Translations under genes and position numbers: made by a program
The notes under the pieces: model-generated
What the model was told of the DNA's origin: nothing
The model's database searches: none
What the model saw: the letters and a program-made list of their open reading frames with translations, nothing else
Source of the DNA: Lingula anatina
Taxonomy: Eukaryota > Animalia > Brachiopoda
Direction of reading: 5' to 3'
DNA length: 64,000 bases
NCBI GenBank assembly: GCA_051362555.1
Contig: CM120641.1
Span: forward strand, 47,560,401-47,624,400
In this document: positions 59,856 through 64,000 of the stretch, piece after piece
How positions within the stretch are numbered: position 1 is the first letter of the stretch
How the letters are laid out: each line of letters opens with the position of its first letter

Positions 59856-61276
59856 TGAAATAAAACAATGCAGGTAGTGTATCATAATAAAACAGACTGT
59901 GTCATGGATGTTCTTAAAGGCCAAAGTGACGGAGAAAAGCGTTTCAAAATCGGAAACTAAGTTGCGTTTTCAAACGGTTCAAATAACTTCTTTCGCCATT
60001 GAGAGCAAACAGTGGTTATACACCGATGTTGTCGCCTGGCGGGACGGTTGAGGTGGGCGATCGAGGTCACCCTGACGATGGGCTAATACCTTCAATGGAT
60101 CGACGTCGGCCCAACTTTGGGCCCCTGGGGTTGTACTAGCTAGCATAATTTATTGCGTGCAAGCCTTTTTATTAACCTGTTAGTTAAAACTAGTCGACTG
60201 TATGTTATATATAATAACCCCTGGAATCTCTTTCTCTACTTGTGACCGTAGTAAACTTCGTGAAAAGTTTATCTTTGTTTTTCTGCAGTATTATGGGGTA
60301 ATAACAATTTTTGTAAGTATAACGCTCTACGGATTGAAAGAAACTTTATCATAATTCTTAAAGAAATATTTCACTAGATTTATGATTTGATTTTCCTTTT
60401 TTTCGGGTCAATTTGTAACGTTTTTATTTTAATAAGTTAAAACTCGCACAAATATAAATAATTGTAGCAAGTCACTCTAGTTTTAGCTTAAATCAATAGT
60501 TAAACCTGCTGGTAGGTGATTTACTTGAGTGCCCATGCGTATCTAAAAACATTGATTCCATATGAAATATGTATTTTAATGTATTAAATTTGGGATCATT
60601 GTATAGTTATAAGTAATTAACTTGTAAATAGTGTGAACGGTAAATCTTTCTTTTTTCCCGAAATTATCAACAATTATGGAATGATTTTGGAGGTTGAAGA
60701 AATTGGCAGAGAAAAGGCAATAACATGAGGTAGCACTGTCTAACTTTTTACCTTCATAGAAAATGTTCACAAAGTTTGTCACATTTATAATTAGAAAACC
60801 ACTTAGAGAGTGTAGACCTCTGCCAAGGAAGATCAACTCTCATTCATATCTATTAATTAGTTAGTTCAATTCCCATTGTAATTAATTGATGATTCATTAA
60901 TTCAGTTCTCATTTTTAATCAATCAATCAATTAATTAATTAATCATCACCAAAATCTAGCCCATTTCTGATCTATCTTGAAAATTTTATGAAAATCTCAA
61001 CTCTTAATATGCCACGTGAGTAACTTTGCAATTTGTAACAAAAGAGTATTTTTACTACTACATACTGTATATTATCCACCACACTGATAAAACCTTTTTA
61101 AAACATCTTTATCCTCCCATCCGTATGACCCGGGCGCTGTGAGGATGGCTTAGCTAGGGCAAATGTACACTAAAAACAACTTATTTCATTCACAGTTAAG
61201 TTTTTTATTGTGATCTTTGAAGTGTTCCTAGAAAGACTCCATCAACATTTCAAATTAGCATTAAATATTTTTCTTT

Positions 61277-62687
61277 CTAAGAAACTGAATCTGAATTGAG
61301 TGAAGTGCCGCCAGCTTTCTCGCAAATAAACCCCAATTCATTAGAGCAGTAGAAGTCATCCCAGTAGTAGGAAAATTTCGTAAATAGATTAAGACAATGC
61401 TGGGTCACGGGATTATCTGGCTGTCCAGGATACCACCTTGTGTAGCTGATGATAGAACGACTGGTAGATTGCCACTCCCATCGTCCTCTGTGGACCATTA
61501 AACCACTAGTCCAGTAACCAAGCAGTTGAGAAGAGGCTGTAAAATAAAGATCACAGGTTATTCTTTGTTTCACCGGATACTTCGGTCTTGTAATTGTGTT
61601 TTTTTAGTACGAACTGCTATCCACCATTAATCCAGTAGTTGGATTGTAAGGATTTTGAACTTTGAACAAATAGTCGTTTGAATAATGTGTTCTGAACATA
61701 CAAACCGAAAGAAATGTCTTTTAAACCACTACTGGATTTTATTCAATTCTAAAGATCTCGTGTTTTCGTGTTGACCTTTTACTTTTTTAAGGCTTCTAGG
61801 CTTTCTTTTTCATATGTAAATTAATTTTTGCATGAAAATATGTCGACACGTAGTGATTTCCGAAGAGTTAAATTTCGCAAAAATCAACCATGATTCAATA
61901 AAACTTTTTCAGCACTACTGTATTTGATGTGGCTAACTCAGAATGCATGTACCATGTACTTTAAGATGACTCCAGCCAAAAGCCCAATTCTTAGACCCGC
62001 TTTGAGACCCACATACATCTACAATATAAAGGTAAGAGTCCATTCACAACCAGTTGAGCCCCAGACTAACTAGAAATCATGTGCCTTGGTGTGTTTGCTG
62101 GGACGACGCGTGTGAGGTGATCATTGAGCGTCAAATTTGATTCACGGACAAGTTAGTCCCCGGCTCAGGGTTGTGAATGCTCCCTAGAAGTGCCTCTTAC
62201 CTGACATGGACAGGATCTGGTTGTAGATGAAGTTGTCTTCTGCATAGGTTTCTATGGCAACAAGATCAGCACCCAATGTCCGGCATTCCCGTCTCGCTGC
62301 AGGCCATGACTTCTTAATCGTGCCAAAGAAATAGCATTTCGTACCAAACTGTATAAATCTGGAGTCACAGCTTCGACCGCCTAGAAACAAAAGACAAGAG
62401 ACAGTGAAAGAAGCTGAATTTACAAGAAAAATTAAATTGAAAAACCAGTGAAATAATTAATATTATTTTTGAATTACTGCTTTAAAACCTGCTTTTCCAA
62501 AAGGCAAATAGATAAAAAAAAAAAAGTAAGAAGCATCGCAAAAATGCTGGTGCCCTACTACTTCTGAACCTAAACCGGTATCTTCGTCAGTTTAAAGTGA
62601 TAATTTTATATTTTTCTTACCTCTCACACTTTGCGCAGCCAAAATCAGACCTACAATCAACAGCAAAACGTAATTCCCAGGCATCAT
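61277..62687 (-). CDS. Secreted single-domain C-type lectin (perlucin-like, QPD/WDD motifs), 168 aa
   Basis: Exons 62687-62621 (MMPGNYVLLLIVGLILAAQSVRG signal peptide), 62380-62201 (CDSRF...KCYFF...SWPAARRECRTLGADLVAIET), 61536-61277 (YWTSG...WYPGQPDN...CL...WDDFYC...FICE); 507 nt in frame. Confidence 0.93.
62036..62184. mobile_element. Palindromic MITE in lectin intron 2
   Basis: cattcacaacc...tgagcc...gactaact / agttagtc...ggctca...ggttgtgaatg termini, flanked by TAA/TAG. Confidence 0.6.
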
Positions 62688-62783
62688 ATCTTTCTCCAGT
62701 AAACCCAAAACAGCCTGATTCTTGGTTTAATTCTTACGTTATTGACAAGTGTCTTTGGCGAGTCTGTTGCAAGTGGATTGCTT

Positions 62784-62832
62784 TGAGTCAGTTTATAAGC
62801 GGTACCGGGGATATGTGTTCAAGTATGATTGG
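62784..62832 (-). promoter_or_regulatory. Putative lectin core promoter: CCAAT, TATAAA and adjacent AP-1 (TGACTCA)
   Basis: On the minus strand: CCAAT 62832-62828, TATAAA 62797-62792, TGACTCA 62790-62784, about 105 nt upstream of the ATG. Motif match only. Confidence 0.55.
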
Positions 62833-63298
62833 CTACAAATATAGAATGACATACAAGTTGTTGACTTTGGAATAGAAATTTCTTAGATATCTGTAGCAAT
62901 CTATCCCATTTCTTGATATACTTGGAAATTTTGTGAGAGATTGCCATCTAGGAATCAAATACCATTTGTTAAAGTTACTTGAATTATCATAGTTCAAGTG
63001 TCAGGTTAGGTAGTTATTGTAAAAGTAACCATCCATATCTCCCATTGTACTGTAGAAATAAATGCATTTATATCATAACGACTCATCTTACTTGATGAAA
63101 TACCTAAGTCGAGTTTTAGGTGATCACGGCAGCCTTCTTTGCATTTTCCTTCTCTTTGGCAGTTTTTCTTCAAACTCAAATAAAATGCCCTATTACAGGG
63201 TGGCTAATGTAGGACAAGTGGGGGTGCCATGGCTCAAGAATTTCATGTCTTAACGTGGAGACCGAGAGTTTAGAACGCGTCCTGAAAGCTGTCACTTA

Positions 63299-63715
63299 GG
63301 GTGCATTCCCATAGATTTTAGATCGATCTATCTCCATGGGGAGTCTCAATAGATTACTGTTAGATAATCCGGCTTAAATGTCCGTCCCGCCTACTACAAC
63401 CTGTAAGGGGGTAATTAACTTCCATGCGAGGTCGGCTGACTGCAATTTAGCGTGAACCCCCAGGGAGTTAGGTCGATCTTGTAAGATCGATCTAAATCTC
63501 TGGAAATGCCCTCTTAGACCCCATTCCCATACATTTTAGATAGATCTATCCCTGTGGGGAGTCTCTAGATTACTGTCAGCTTAGCCGGCTTAAGCGTCTA
63601 TCCCGCCAACTAAAAGCTGTAAGGGGGTAATTAACTATGGTGCGCGTTCGGCTGACTGCAATTTAGCGTGAAATTCCAGGGAGTTAGGTCGATCTAAATC
63701 TCTGGGAATGCACCC
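63299..63715. mobile_element. Two head-to-tail Harbinger-type MITEs (63299-63513, 63517-63715)
   Basis: TTA-MITE-TTA-MITE-TTA; both are reverse-orientation relatives of 41779-41999. Confidence 0.85.
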
Positions 63716-64000
63716 TTACATTAATCTGCATAACCGGAGCCAGTGTAGCCAAATGGGGGTAGGTGCTGGTGATTTTGGAAAGCTCATGATCGCAGTTTTT
63801 TATAGTATCAGTATAATTTATCTTATAATTTATAATATAATTGATATATTTATTGTGTTTATATTGATCAGTCACTTATATTCCCTTCTCCGGATTTAAG
63901 AGCAGTACATGTGATGTTATTCAACTATATACTCTAGATAATTCTGTCACTGTCCGGACTGAACTTTGTTTCTGCTGTAATTTTTGGGACACCTAAATCT

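Larger units (their letters stand above)
49180..60410 (+). repeat. Segmental tandem duplication, unit 2
   Basis: Same start and end sequences as unit 1; differs by copy-specific insertions and deletions. Confidence 0.9.

Noticed and set aside
60795-61040. Possible additional interspersed repeat (cacttagagagtgtagacctctgccaagg...)
   Set aside because: It looks repeat-like, but I could not define both ends or find a second copy in the window.

Overview
AT-rich, intron-rich animal genomic DNA. It looks like a lophotrochozoan (mollusc-like) invertebrate, but that taxon call is an inference. (1) 247-33792 (+): the 3' part (52 exons traced by hand via AG/GT sites and reading phase) of a giant single-pass membrane protein of SVEP1/Uninflatable-like architecture: HYR-HYR-CCP-linker-3 Cys-rich ephrin-receptor-like repeats-EGF array (two EGF modules interrupted by a PAN exon and a WxxW exon pair)-pentraxin/LamG-HYR-CCP-linker with KRRKR-18 Cys-rich repeats-EGF-TM-Tyr-rich tail. 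Three of its splice sites sit inside tandem repeats. (2) ~36274-60410: a tandem duplication of ~11-12 kb units. Each unit carries a 6-exon glycoside hydrolase family 32 (levanase/exo-inulinase-like) gene with an N-terminal hydrophobic leader, a C-terminal hydrophobic anchor and a non-canonical active-site pocket. Copy 2 is intact (583 aa); copy 1 has a 1-nt frameshift just before the RDP motif. (3) 61277-62687 (-): a 3-exon secreted QPD-type C-type lectin with CCAAT/TATA/AP-1 motifs. Introns and spacers hold a 3.6-kb Helentron-type element with a ~580-bp-arm foldback of an apparent promoter plus ATG exon, an Academ-like element with a ~180-bp periodic motif, many Harbinger-type MITEs, a Tc1 relic, minisatellites and microsatellites. 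All coordinates and counts were read by eye and no searches were run.
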